A stretch of DNA of 64,000 nt, taken from positions 69,537 to 133,536 of the forward strand of contig JAJRPJ010000018.1 of the NCBI GenBank assembly GCA_024280835.1. Reading direction: 5' to 3'. A program made the position numbers and the translations under genes. Source of the DNA: Candidatus Zixiibacteriota bacterium (lineage in GTDB: Bacteria > Zixibacteria > MSB-5A5 > GN15 > JACZUZ01). The notes beneath the pieces are model-generated. The model did no database searches, was not told the DNA's origin, and saw only the letters and a program-made list of their open reading frames with translations. Of this stretch, positions 55,281 through 64,000 are shown in pieces (positions within the stretch are counted from its first letter, which is position 1; each line of letters opens with the position of its first letter).

Positions 55281-56390
55281 TCCAGTCAGCTGTCCAGTTG
55301 GACGCAGATTGTTTGATTTGTTCGATAGGAGTTGTTCGATTCGAGTTTTCAGCGCAATCGCTCTTTTCTATTCTTTCGTTACTACTCTTGCTTTGTAAGC
55401 AGTAGCTGCGTAATCAATAACATTGTAATCACTTGGCGATAACTATCAGGGTCAGTGCAGCTTCGCCAGCTTCTATTCTCTTTGCTATAATCTCTATTTT
55501 GGACTCCTGCCAGAGAGAACCTTCGTACGACAAACGCTCTGGTTAGCAATAATCAAATCCAGAGCGACTTACGGCAAATCCTCCAATTCCGTTTGAGCAA
55601 TAAGCAGACCAATCTGCCATACTATCGAAGGTGGAAGAGTATCCTGTTCAATTGTCGCACAACCATTTCGGATCATGGGTAGGTTCAAAACCCGAAATAC
55701 GATTATAAACGGAAAATCCTTGTCCAATAATCGCTTAAGTCAGAAAAACGGCCTTTCCCACTGATAAACGATGGCCGATAATGGCCAAACAACAGGTTGA
55801 AGCTCGTTTCCTCGTTAGCTGAGTCCTTCTGACGACATTAGGTATACGTGAGGCGGTAAGGTATGAAACGCAAGTAATACAGATTATTACACTGTCATAC
55901 GCAAGACACGCAAACAATTGCGCGTTTAGCTAACGTCTATGCTGCATTGCTTTACTCCATTTGCAATCTTCGACGTTGCTTCGGCGCCTAAACTTCCAGT
56001 CTCGGTTACGATACACATCAATATCACCCTCAGGTGGTGGCCTATTCCCTACTTATTGTGACACTAGAACCAGGATTCCTGATAGGATCTTGCTGACGGA
56101 TGTGCGAGGGAAATCGTATCCAACTGACCTGCGAATAATATACTACTTATCCACATTTTCGTCAAAGGTTTTCGCGCCTCTTTCAGGACTAAATTGACTC
56201 ATTTATCCATTTGACACTGTAGGTCTTAACTATATTTCACCAACCTCTTTTTCACAGACAATGTCAGTCGACATTTGTCAATAAACCAGCAGGTTCGCTC
56301 TTAGCTATTTCTTAGCTATTAAGGAGTTAATCTTCAGATGGGGGAAAACGACGGTAAGGCAGTGATACTATGAATCATCGTGAGACGCTT

Positions 56391-56434
56391 AAAATAAAAG
56401 TCCCAACCGAGGGAGGAAATCCTCCCTCGGACGG
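56391..56434 (-). terminator. Rho-independent terminator after the 893-aa gene
   Basis: On the minus strand: TCCCGTCCGAGGGAGG-ATTT-CCTCCCTCGGTTGGGA (10-bp perfect core plus outer pairs) followed by CTTTTATTTT, 20 nt after the stop at 56454. Confidence 0.75.
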
Positions 56435-56453
56435 GAAATAAAGCAAGAAATGA

Positions 56454-59135
56454 CTATTTTACAAGAGCCAATTTCCGTGTTGCTGTGTACTTGCCACCAG
56501 CAGCAGAAACCTTATAGAAATAGATTCCTGTTGACTGACTAGCAAGATCAACATCAATACTTACCAAACCGGCTTCATGCTCACCAGTGATATCACGTAC
56601 GAGCTGACCAGCGACGTTATAAATACGAACTGAGTATTTAGCGGCTTCTGGGAGATCGAAAGTGATCTTGGTGTTAGGATTGAATGGGTTCGGGTAATTC
56701 TGGTAAACGGCAAAACTGGTAGGAATGACGACGTCGAGACCAGGTGACAAAGCGACACCATTGTAGTCTGCGGCTTCGACAGAAACCAATGTACCTTCGG
56801 AAGAGACGACATTACCAGCGGCAATGACTTCTGAACCAACGTTGAATACCAGTGCGTGGGTGTTGCCATCGACAACACCAACTTCGATGTCCATATTGGT
56901 GGCAAGAAGAGTTACATCAACTTCACCCTCAAATACGAACAACGCAGCGCCCATCTCAACGCTTGAAGAAACAACACCACTCTTAGAAGTGATGGAGATA
57001 GCTTCGGCGTTATGAGCGAGTTTCGGTAAAGGAAGAGCATCACCGACGATGACACGGATCAAATACACCAAGTCAGCGACAGTTAACGGAATTCCATCAC
57101 CATTAACTTCAGATGCGGCAATCGAACCCTCAATGTGGGTACCGAAAGCTGAGAGACCAGAAACAAAATAGTTGGTCAACATTGTCGCATCCGCGATCTC
57201 GTTTGAGAGACCGTTCAAGTTGATATCACCGCGTGCATCAATTTCTTCCGCACAGATAATTCTGATACCACCGTTTTTGTAATCAACAAAACGGATCGGA
57301 GCGCCTTTAGGCGTAGCAACATCACAATCATCCGGTGCGCCTGTGAAGGTCGGGAATGACTGATCAGCGCCAGTGATATTCGAACGGAAACCACTGACGA
57401 CGTTATTCATGTCTGTACCGATGTAGTCAAAGACGTTACGGCTGACATAAAGGGTGTCACCACCAGATGACGACAGTGAGTTATCACCGCAGTCAATCCA
57501 GCACCAGCGAATCGCTGCAAACTGACATTCGAGATTACGATCGTTTGAGACCAAGAATGTCAAACAAGCAAAGTCATCACCAACGACCAACAAATTGTTG
57601 TTCGGGTGAGCCATGCCATCATTCTGCTCAGCAAGACCGATTACACGAAGCTTACCTGAAGGACAACCACCTGTGCAGTTACCATTCGGGCCGAAGCGAT
57701 AGGTAAAGTACTCCCACGCGTAATCCGCGAAAATATTACCTTCCGTCGCGCCAACAAATGAAAGCGCGCTGTTATCATAAGAAATCAAGAAATCAAAACC
57801 ACCAAGTTCATTCGAACCGCCGTCATAGTTAAGGCAAACCTCAACCTGATGGCCCTGCAAAGAACCACCCAATGGGTCGGTCTTGTCAGTCTGGTCAATG
57901 CTGACACAGAAAGGCTCGGTGAACAATACAGTGATTGTCATGGTGCACTCGACTGTTTCAATACCATCTGTAACTGAGAGGGTAATGTCATAGTCAGTAT
58001 CAGCGCCAGCAGCGTCGGAATTGTCAGCAGCAAATGTGACAGCGCCTGTTGTAGGATCAACAGACACGGTACCAACTGGAACTGGTGCAACACTTACGAG
58101 TGAGTAAACCAAAGCATCACAAGCGTCAGCATCGGAACCGTTAGCGGCCGGAGAAGTACCAGAGTTGCCTTTGGCAACTGCGATATTCGGTGGGCAAACG
58201 AGAGCCGGAGTGCTATTTGTGACTTCAACATTAACAACACAGTCAGCGTTCGGGCCATCTGGCTCGGCGCCATTGACTGTAATTGTGATAGAACCATTCT
58301 CACCAGCGCCTGGAACGTATGAAACGTTACCAGAACCGTCAACAGAAACAGTACCTGTACCGGTAGTTGTCGCTGAATAGGTAATTGGCTGATTTTCTGG
58401 ATCTGGATCGGTGAGCGTAATCGAGAAATTCAAAGCATCACAATGATTGGTGCTTTCTGATGTTGTATTGCCAGCATCACAAACCGGATCTTGATCCGGA
58501 ATTACAAAAGCAGTGACACAAAGAGCGTTGTCGCGTGAACCGCCAACACTAAGATCACCACCACCACCTGACCAGCCAGTTGCGGCGGCAGGTGACATCA
58601 ACCACTCACCACTTGGTGGGAAGAAAGCGGAGTCAATACAAAGAATACCGCCGTCAATACCAGGAAGAGTGAATGAGAATTTAAGACCATCGGATAAGGC
58701 AATTGGGCCATAACCGGTTCCAGCCGCTCCAGAGGATACACCACCGGAGAGCCATGTGCTTGGCAATGAGCCACTGAAAGCATCAGCGCCCAATGTCAAT
58801 TTAGCGCCACCAAAATCCCATGTGGCATTGTTACCCCAGACACCAACGCCTATAGCAGGCGGTGTTACCCATGTGATGTTAGTAAGTGAGCCATCTGGGC
58901 TATAGATAATAAAGCCCATCGTGGCGCCAGTTACATTAACATCAGACTCAAACTGCACTGTGTACTCATAGGTACTGGCATGTCCGACTTGGAAATCAAG
59001 TCCGTTTCCAGATATATCTGGGAAAGTTGGCCCGTTTGTTATTGACACCGCAGCGCCAGTCTGAGCCAAAGCATTTGACCCAAGAGCAAATAACATACAA
59101 GAAGCCAATACAAGAGTAAGTAATTTACGACTCAT
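56454..59135 (-). CDS. Scaffoldin-like protein: N-terminal domain, Ig/cadherin-like modules, cohesin-like, dockerin, X module, T9SS CTD
   Basis: AGGAG SD. Signal peptide MSRKLLTLVLASCMLFALGSNALA. Cohesin-like HQVEVCLNYDGGSNELGGFDFLISYDNSALSFVGATEG...FVDYKNGGIRII. Dockerin GDINLNGLSNEIADATMLTNYFVSG...SEVNGDGIPLTVADLVYLIRVIVG. CTD FAVYQNYPNPFNPNTKITF...GIYFYKVSAAGGKYTATRKLALVK-stop. Confidence 0.85.
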   Translation of the reverse strand: MSRKLLTLVLASCMLFALGSNALAQTGAAVSITNGPTFPDISGNGLDFQVGHASTYEYTVQFESDVNVTGATMGFIIYSPDGSLTNITWVTPPAIGVGVWGNNATWDFGGAKLTLGADAFSGSLPSTWLSGGVSSGAAGTGYGPIALSDGLKFSFTLPGIDGGILCIDSAFFPPSGEWLMSPAAATGWSGGGGDLSVGGSRDNALCVTAFVIPDQDPVCDAGNTTSESTNHCDALNFSITLTDPDPENQPITYSATTTGTGTVSVDGSGNVSYVPGAGENGSITITVNGAEPDGPNADCVVNVEVTNSTPALVCPPNIAVAKGNSGTSPAANGSDADACDALVYSLVSVAPVPVGTVSVDPTTGAVTFAADNSDAAGADTDYDITLSVTDGIETVECTMTITVLFTEPFCVSIDQTDKTDPLGGSLQGHQVEVCLNYDGGSNELGGFDFLISYDNSALSFVGATEGNIFADYAWEYFTYRFGPNGNCTGGCPSGKLRVIGLAEQNDGMAHPNNNLLVVGDDFACLTFLVSNDRNLECQFAAIRWCWIDCGDNSLSSSGGDTLYVSRNVFDYIGTDMNNVVSGFRSNITGADQSFPTFTGAPDDCDVATPKGAPIRFVDYKNGGIRIICAEEIDARGDINLNGLSNEIADATMLTNYFVSGLSAFGTHIEGSIAASEVNGDGIPLTVADLVYLIRVIVGDALPLPKLAHNAEAISITSKSGVVSSSVEMGAALFVFEGEVDVTLLATNMDIEVGVVDGNTHALVFNVGSEVIAAGNVVSSEGTLVSVEAADYNGVALSPGLDVVIPTSFAVYQNYPNPFNPNTKITFDLPEAAKYSVRIYNVAGQLVRDITGEHEAGLVSIDVDLASQSTGIYFYKVSAAGGKYTATRKLALVK

Positions 59136-59721
59136 CTCGTACTCCTACTTTTAAGTGTATGGATTATTTGACTATTTGATTTCATTCGCAAGAATGCACG
59201 CATGCATACTGACGAATCAGCCATGTATGAGAAGACAGTGAGAGCCACAAACCGCCCTTGCCCAACATGATTGGTGATTTCAAATTGTCGCATAATCATT
59301 ATTAAGTTTCTCTTGAGTGCGTATTACAGTTCACAAATAAATCAAAAGATATAATCTCATGTTTTATTTGCAATTGTTTGTCTTCTGCAGATTTGTAAGA
59401 AATCTTTCAGAAGGAAATCTCGTGTTTGATAATACAGAGAGCCACCGATTATCAAACAGTAAGACAAAACCTACCTCTTCTTAAGCGTTTCCTCCTCTTT
59501 TTTCAAACGTGTTAGCGATTGAATGTCGGAAATGAAGCGAGAGGAAAACTCCCTGCAGTTGAATAGAAGACATACTATCCATGGAAAACATCCCACAAAT
59601 AGAAGCCATATTCTTCCGCTGACGTACACCCCGACGTTTCTTATTCATTTTTCTTTTTCTTTTCGCTTAAATCGTAATGCTTAACTATCACTTTGTTGTT
59701 TGCTTTTAGACAGTCACCAAG

Positions 59722-60927
59722 CTATTGGAGGCAACATCCATTTGGCCCAGACCCACCTGTAAATATCCAAGCAATCATATATGTGATGTCTGCAATGTTG
59801 AATTTGCAATCACCATTGGGATCCGCCCCCAGATTGCTTTCAACTCCACCACAAGTTGGAGCAGCCCCGCCAGTAAATACCCGAGCAATCATAAACGTTA
59901 CATCCGCGATATTTTTCTTATTGTCATCATTGACATCACCGCAAATACACTGAGGTTGTGCAAGAATCGTCAACGAACCGTCTGACAAAAACACTTTCGT
60001 AGTATCCAAATGACCGACAAGAATAGTGTCAATAGAGGTTGAATCAAACGGTGGGGTCGGTACGCGAATATAACTCAAGCAATTAAATGGAGAGAAAGGA
60101 TTCCATTGTTCGCAAAACCAGAAGGCGGTATCCTCAACTGAATCGGTCACAATACCAATTGAGTTTCCCAGCTCATCAGAGAATGAGAAATTATTCAAAG
60201 TAGAGGAAACAATCCGCATTGTCACTGTACGGTCTGTCGCTGTATCATCTAGGATAACATCAGCTAACAGCTTGATAAGCACACCGTCCGTCTGCGGTCC
60301 AAAACCAGGAGTTTGTGGCAAAGCCGCCTGATTTGCCAAGGCTGATATCTTAATATCAAAACCCTGACCTCCAAGTGAACGAGCGTCAACAAACTCCCAA
60401 CCCGACATTAGCGTCCCAGAGGTATCGAAACTACCGAGAATAATTTCCAAATCCGCAACATGCAGAAAATCATAGGGATTAGTTGTAAACCAATCGTATC
60501 CCAAAGTAGTGTCGGCAACTTCTATAGAGTCCAAACAATTTGGTGGCACAGCGCCAATCGGATTCTGACATGACCAATAACGAATAGTATCGAAAACTTG
60601 AATCGAGTCAGTGCAGGCCGGAAAAGCCCCCGCCAAACAGAGCCAGAGAGTGGTATCGGGAATAGTGTCTATATTGGTTTTGAAAACGATCACGTCAGGT
60701 CTGTCAAGCTGTATCCAGAGCTCAACACCTGCGACCGTATCAGAGAAGTTGTCGACAAAGATGGATATGACAGCGTTTTGGGTGTTCGGCAATGCAACAG
60801 TGTCAATCACATCCACAACTAAAGCTGGCTGCGCCTCAACTCGGGTGACTCCCAAAGTGAACGTTAGCCCTAAGGTCGCCAATAAGGCGCAAAACCCTGC
60901 GGATAGTGAGTGGTTCATTCGTCTCAT
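59722..60927 (-). CDS. Secreted adaptor-like protein: cohesin-like module + C-terminal Cys-bracketed dockerin
   Basis: AGGAGA SD. Signal peptide ...LGLTFTLGVTRVEA. Cohesin-like VVDVIDTVALPNTQNAVISIFVDNFSDTVAGVELWIQLDRPDVIVF...GVLIKLLADV...VFLSDGSLTIL. Dockerin CICGDVNDDNKKNIADVTFMIARVFTGGAAPTC...DPNGDCKFNIADITYMIAWIFTGGSGPNGCC. Confidence 0.75.
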   Translation of the reverse strand: MRRMNHSLSAGFCALLATLGLTFTLGVTRVEAQPALVVDVIDTVALPNTQNAVISIFVDNFSDTVAGVELWIQLDRPDVIVFKTNIDTIPDTTLWLCLAGAFPACTDSIQVFDTIRYWSCQNPIGAVPPNCLDSIEVADTTLGYDWFTTNPYDFLHVADLEIILGSFDTSGTLMSGWEFVDARSLGGQGFDIKISALANQAALPQTPGFGPQTDGVLIKLLADVILDDTATDRTVTMRIVSSTLNNFSFSDELGNSIGIVTDSVEDTAFWFCEQWNPFSPFNCLSYIRVPTPPFDSTSIDTILVGHLDTTKVFLSDGSLTILAQPQCICGDVNDDNKKNIADVTFMIARVFTGGAAPTCGGVESNLGADPNGDCKFNIADITYMIAWIFTGGSGPNGCCLQ

Positions 60928-61898
60928 TGTTATCAGTTCTCCTAATTAAACTTCACTGTGATTTGCAACAAGTCAGTGAAACAGGTCATGACAAGTCGAC
61001 AGACAACTATTGCTAGTATCGACAATTGTCACTTCCACTCGAGAAGGCAGAATTACCTGCCATTTTTTATTCTAAAATAATAGAAATGTTTCTCGCAGTT
61101 TCAACATTTCAGGCTATGCGCTACTTGCTGACAACGCCACTACACATCGTCAATACACATTTACCGCCTCGAGACACCACTCGCTTCAGCGTCTCTAGCG
61201 GATGAGCAACAAATCTCATGCCACAAAAACAAGCGCAAGCCAATGAACCCGAAGAGGGTTGGGTTAAAATGCAGCTACTACCGTCTGTTGCAATCTGCAA
61301 CTACAATACCGAATATCGCAGTCGCCAGTAAAGAAGTAATTAGAGTTTAGATAAAACTTAGATAATTCAATGAATCGGAATGATACTTACAACCAATAAT
61401 TGCGTAAACTGAGTTTCTTTTAATGTCCTGTCGCAAATTGAATGTAAGGTCTACTTCTGAGGGTTATTTGTACCAATCGTCCAAAGGAGAATATAGAGCC
61501 GTTTAACCGAATTGTCAACAGTTGTCTGTCCTGACTGCTTGGCAGAACATACTATTGGTATAGAACTCCTCACGGCAAGCGCCATAAACTCTATGTTGAA
61601 CTTGAATCAAAGCCTTGTTGCATCACGCTATATTGCAGCTAACACTCAATCGTTCATTGAGTTTCACTCACTGCTCCTACATCAAGTTTCTTGTGTATGC
61701 CTCACTTTACCTTTCCACTAATGCAAGAGGCAGAACTATTCGCTTTGCTCATAGTTTGTTAAGTGTATATGTGGTCCGAGAAAGAATGTGATTATCTGAT
61801 TATGGTTTTGAAGTCCGATCAAAACCTTTCCAATAAGCGAGCCTTTTCATGAACAGCGCTATTTATATCTTCTACTCCCGCTCAACTGCCACCGAGTC

Positions 61899-62873
61899 TT
61901 GTCGATATACCTTATAGAAGGGGATTCCCCTGCAAACAACTGGACTATACAACTATTTAGCTACACCGAGACATTCGGAAAGGGCAAAAGTATGCAATCG
62001 GTTTCACAGTCTGAAATCACAGCCAACCGGCAAATGGATCAAATTATTAACTCATTGGGTGAGTTGCCGTCCTCGCCAGCAGTAATTAATCTCGTCTTGA
62101 AAATGACTTCTGACTTCAACTCTGATATAAAAGCGCTTTCAAAAGCGCTTTCGGCAGATCAAACTCTAACTGCCAAGATACTGAAACTCTCGAATTCCTC
62201 GTTTTACGGTAGGGCGCAAGGTGTAGCGACTCTTGAGGAAGCTGTTATGATTCTCGGCTTCTTCACTTTACGATCTTTGGTTATCGCGACTTCAACACAT
62301 GCGCTTTTCAAAGATGACATTCCAAACAGCCCTGAGAGACAACTCTGGGTGCATTCTTTGGCAACTGGAATTGCTTCTAGAATAATTGCCCAAAAGACTC
62401 CAGGCGCTAATGTAGAAGAGGCATTTATTGGCGGCCTAATGCATGATATAGGGAAATTGATATTCTTGCAGAAGATGCCAGAAATGTACCTCGAAATCGT
62501 AAATAAAGTCGAATCTGGAAGCTCTACATTTAGTGAAACCGAGCTAGAATCCTTTGGCTTTACTCATTCCTCTCTCGGTTCAATCTTGATGATTAAATGG
62601 TCGTTTCCCCAAGAACTGATTGATGGAGTCGCCGATCACCACAAACCAGAGAAGTCTTGCTCTATCGAATCAGATTCATCACTGGCGGCGATAATTAACC
62701 TAGCCAATGCCATGGCAAAGAGCATTGGGGCCGATTTTGGTCAGGCTCCCCCTGAGAGTCTAACCGAGCTACAATCCGCCAAATTTTTGGAGATTGACGA
62801 CGAAGCGATTGTGGCTATACTTGCAGAATTGCAGGATTCTTTTGAAGAGGAAAAGTCCATTTTCGAGAGCTAA
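61899..62873 (+). CDS. HDOD-domain signalling protein (probable start ATG 61992)
   Basis: LPSSPAVINLVLKMTSDFNSDIKALSKALSADQTLTAKILKLSNSSFYG...TLEEAVMILGF...WVHSLATGIASRIIA...AFIGGLMHDIGKLIFL. Position 61899 is a TTG, whereas ATG 61992 follows GGAAAGGG. Confidence 0.85.
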   Translation: MSIYLIEGDSPANNWTIQLFSYTETFGKGKSMQSVSQSEITANRQMDQIINSLGELPSSPAVINLVLKMTSDFNSDIKALSKALSADQTLTAKILKLSNSSFYGRAQGVATLEEAVMILGFFTLRSLVIATSTHALFKDDIPNSPERQLWVHSLATGIASRIIAQKTPGANVEEAFIGGLMHDIGKLIFLQKMPEMYLEIVNKVESGSSTFSETELESFGFTHSSLGSILMIKWSFPQELIDGVADHHKPEKSCSIESDSSLAAIINLANAMAKSIGADFGQAPPESLTELQSAKFLEIDDEAIVAILAELQDSFEEEKSIFES

Positions 62874-63172
62874 TCTCCGGCGCATGATTCTGTCTACACT
62901 ATTTCACTCGCAATATCGCCTTTTGATTGCCAGATGATGAAAATGCGCCTCAGAATCTACCCGTAACACCATACAACATAGATATAAACAGTAGTTTTCC
63001 TATTTACGAGAAGGAAGCAAATTCCTATAAATTATCACGTTTTCTTGCAATAATTCTGGACATTACGGTCTAAATATCCGTAATATGCTCGTGGAATGAA
63101 GTTTTATAGCATATCCATAGTCAAATGGGCCGATAATTCTGTTGGCTGCGAGTTAAACTAGGAGGAAATGGA

Positions 63173-64000
63173 ATGAGAAAATCTCTAACAATGCGTTTAC
63201 CAATCTTGGCGCTAATTGCGGTTTCATTGCTTATTGGAGGAGTCGCAAGCGCTCAAACGAAAGTGGATGTTAGTGGCCAAGTTCGCTTTCGCAAGGAAGT
63301 TGACCGTCGAAATTTTAATTCGTTCTACAAGGCGGAGACATATTCTTTTCTTCGCACCCGTATCAATATTAACGCTGAAGTGAATGAGAACGCTCATGCT
63401 TTCATTCAATTTCAGGACAGCCGTATTATTGGCGATAAGACTGTTTTTGGAGGCAACCAAAGTGGTGGTCTCAATGATGGTAAGAACGTTGATATTCACC
63501 AAGCCTATCTCAAGCTCGACAATATCTTTGGTGAGGGTTGGGGAGCTCAATTAGGACGCTTTGAGGTTAACTTCGGTAATCAACGCGTATTCGGCGCAGT
63601 TGGTTGGGATAACGTCGGTCGGTCATGGGAAGGCGCGAGCCATTGGTATACCAATTCATCGGTGAAAATCACTGGTTGGGCGCTGAAGGCTGTTGAAGCG
63701 ATGAATATGACTGGTAATCGTGATTTTGATTTGTATGGTTATAGTGTTGATCTCAAGAAAGCCAACGCTAGTTTCTTTGCAATTCTTGAACGTAACGCCA
63801 AACGTGATGTTGCAGGCAAGAAGATGTTGAATCGTTTCAACCTTGGTGGTTTTGTTAAGCACACTAAGAATCAACTCGACTTTATGGCCAATGCTGTTTA
63901 TCAGGGTGGAACTATTTCTGTTGGCGCTTTGGAGTTGCTGGACATCAAAGCCTATATGGTGACAGGTGAAGTCGGATTCACTTTCTCAGGCAAGAGCAAA
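63173..64000 (+). CDS. Alginate-export-family (AlgE-like) outer-membrane beta-barrel, 5' partial (runs off the window; absent from the ORF track)
   Basis: AGGAGG SD at 63160-63165, then ATG 63173. Open frame to the window end: MRKSLTMRLPILALIAVSLLIGGVASAQTKVDVSGQVRFRKE...FLRTRININAEVNENAHAFIQFQDSRIIG...DIHQAYLKLDNIFGEGWGAQLGRFEVNFGNQRVFGAVGWDNVGRSWEGA. This matches the Alginate_exp pattern as I recall it (RlR...vq.qdsr.wG...lhqAyl...lGRqel.yG.qRl.g...W.N.gRsfdG). Confidence 0.7.
   Translation, partial: MRKSLTMRLPILALIAVSLLIGGVASAQTKVDVSGQVRFRKEVDRRNFNSFYKAETYSFLRTRININAEVNENAHAFIQFQDSRIIGDKTVFGGNQSGGLNDGKNVDIHQAYLKLDNIFGEGWGAQLGRFEVNFGNQRVFGAVGWDNVGRSWEGASHWYTNSSVKITGWALKAVEAMNMTGNRDFDLYGYSVDLKKANASFFAILERNAKRDVAGKKMLNRFNLGGFVKHTKNQLDFMANAVYQGGTISVGALELLDIKAYMVTGEVGFTFSGKSK

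Noticed and set aside
20907-60927. Interpretation of the locus as a classical polysaccharide-degrading cellulosome.
   Set aside because: None of the dockerin-bearing proteins shows GH, PL, CE or CBM motifs that I can recognise. Their bulk is Ig/cadherin-like repeats. The nearby GH35/42-like gene has no signal peptide or dockerin and is interrupted.
63224-63874. Two minus-strand ORFs from the track (63224..63550 and 63656..63874).
   Set aside because: They are antisense to a better-supported plus-strand ORF (AGGAGG SD, signal peptide, Alginate_exp-like motifs) that the track omits because it runs off the window.
1-64000. Search for mobile elements (transposase, integrase, IS inverted repeats, phage genes), rRNA or tRNA genes, and CRISPR arrays.
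   Set aside because: No ORF carries recognisable DDE, tyrosine or serine recombinase motifs, and no RNA gene signatures survived inspection. The accessory character of 20.9-60.9 kb comes from repeat-rich surface proteins, not from an identifiable mobile element.

Overview
This 64-kb window appears to come from an uncultivated Gram-negative bacterium. The evidence is Por/T9SS-type C-terminal sorting domains together with clear AGGAG-type Shine-Dalgarno sites; an FCB-superphylum origin is only an inference. 1-20.7 kb holds ordinary housekeeping and envelope genes: an FG-GAP-like protein, a Reg_prop beta-propeller, an M20D amidohydrolase, a divergent endonuclease V-like gene, an MntH(NRAMP)-USP fusion with a candidate promoter and operator, a 379-aa unknown, a GT4 glycosyltransferase, an OmpA/TSP3 porin, a bactofilin-like membrane protein, a GAF-GGDEF cyclase, a nagZ-anmK-spoIID-like peptidoglycan cluster, and a GH35/42-like gene. 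20.9-60.9 kb is a single all-minus-strand locus of nine secreted-protein genes built from a small module set: T9SS C-terminal domains, cohesin-like modules, two sequence classes of dockerin, and about 70 cadherin-like/He_PIG repeats. It includes a 5,200-aa gene (about 52 repeats, six of them near-identical 279-bp copies) and a 2,139-aa gene. Five of these genes form an apparent 28-kb operon that ends in a strong intrinsic terminator. I read the locus as a non-cellulosomal, T9SS-anchored cohesin-dockerin system that displays giant adhesins; this is the main candidate for a novel system. Three genes are interrupted: two by an in-frame TAA and one by a frameshift. The window ends with an HDOD protein and a partial alginate-export-family porin that is absent from the ORF track. 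I recognised no rRNA, tRNA, CRISPR array, transposase or integrase. All domain calls come from reading motifs by eye and need HMM or structure confirmation.
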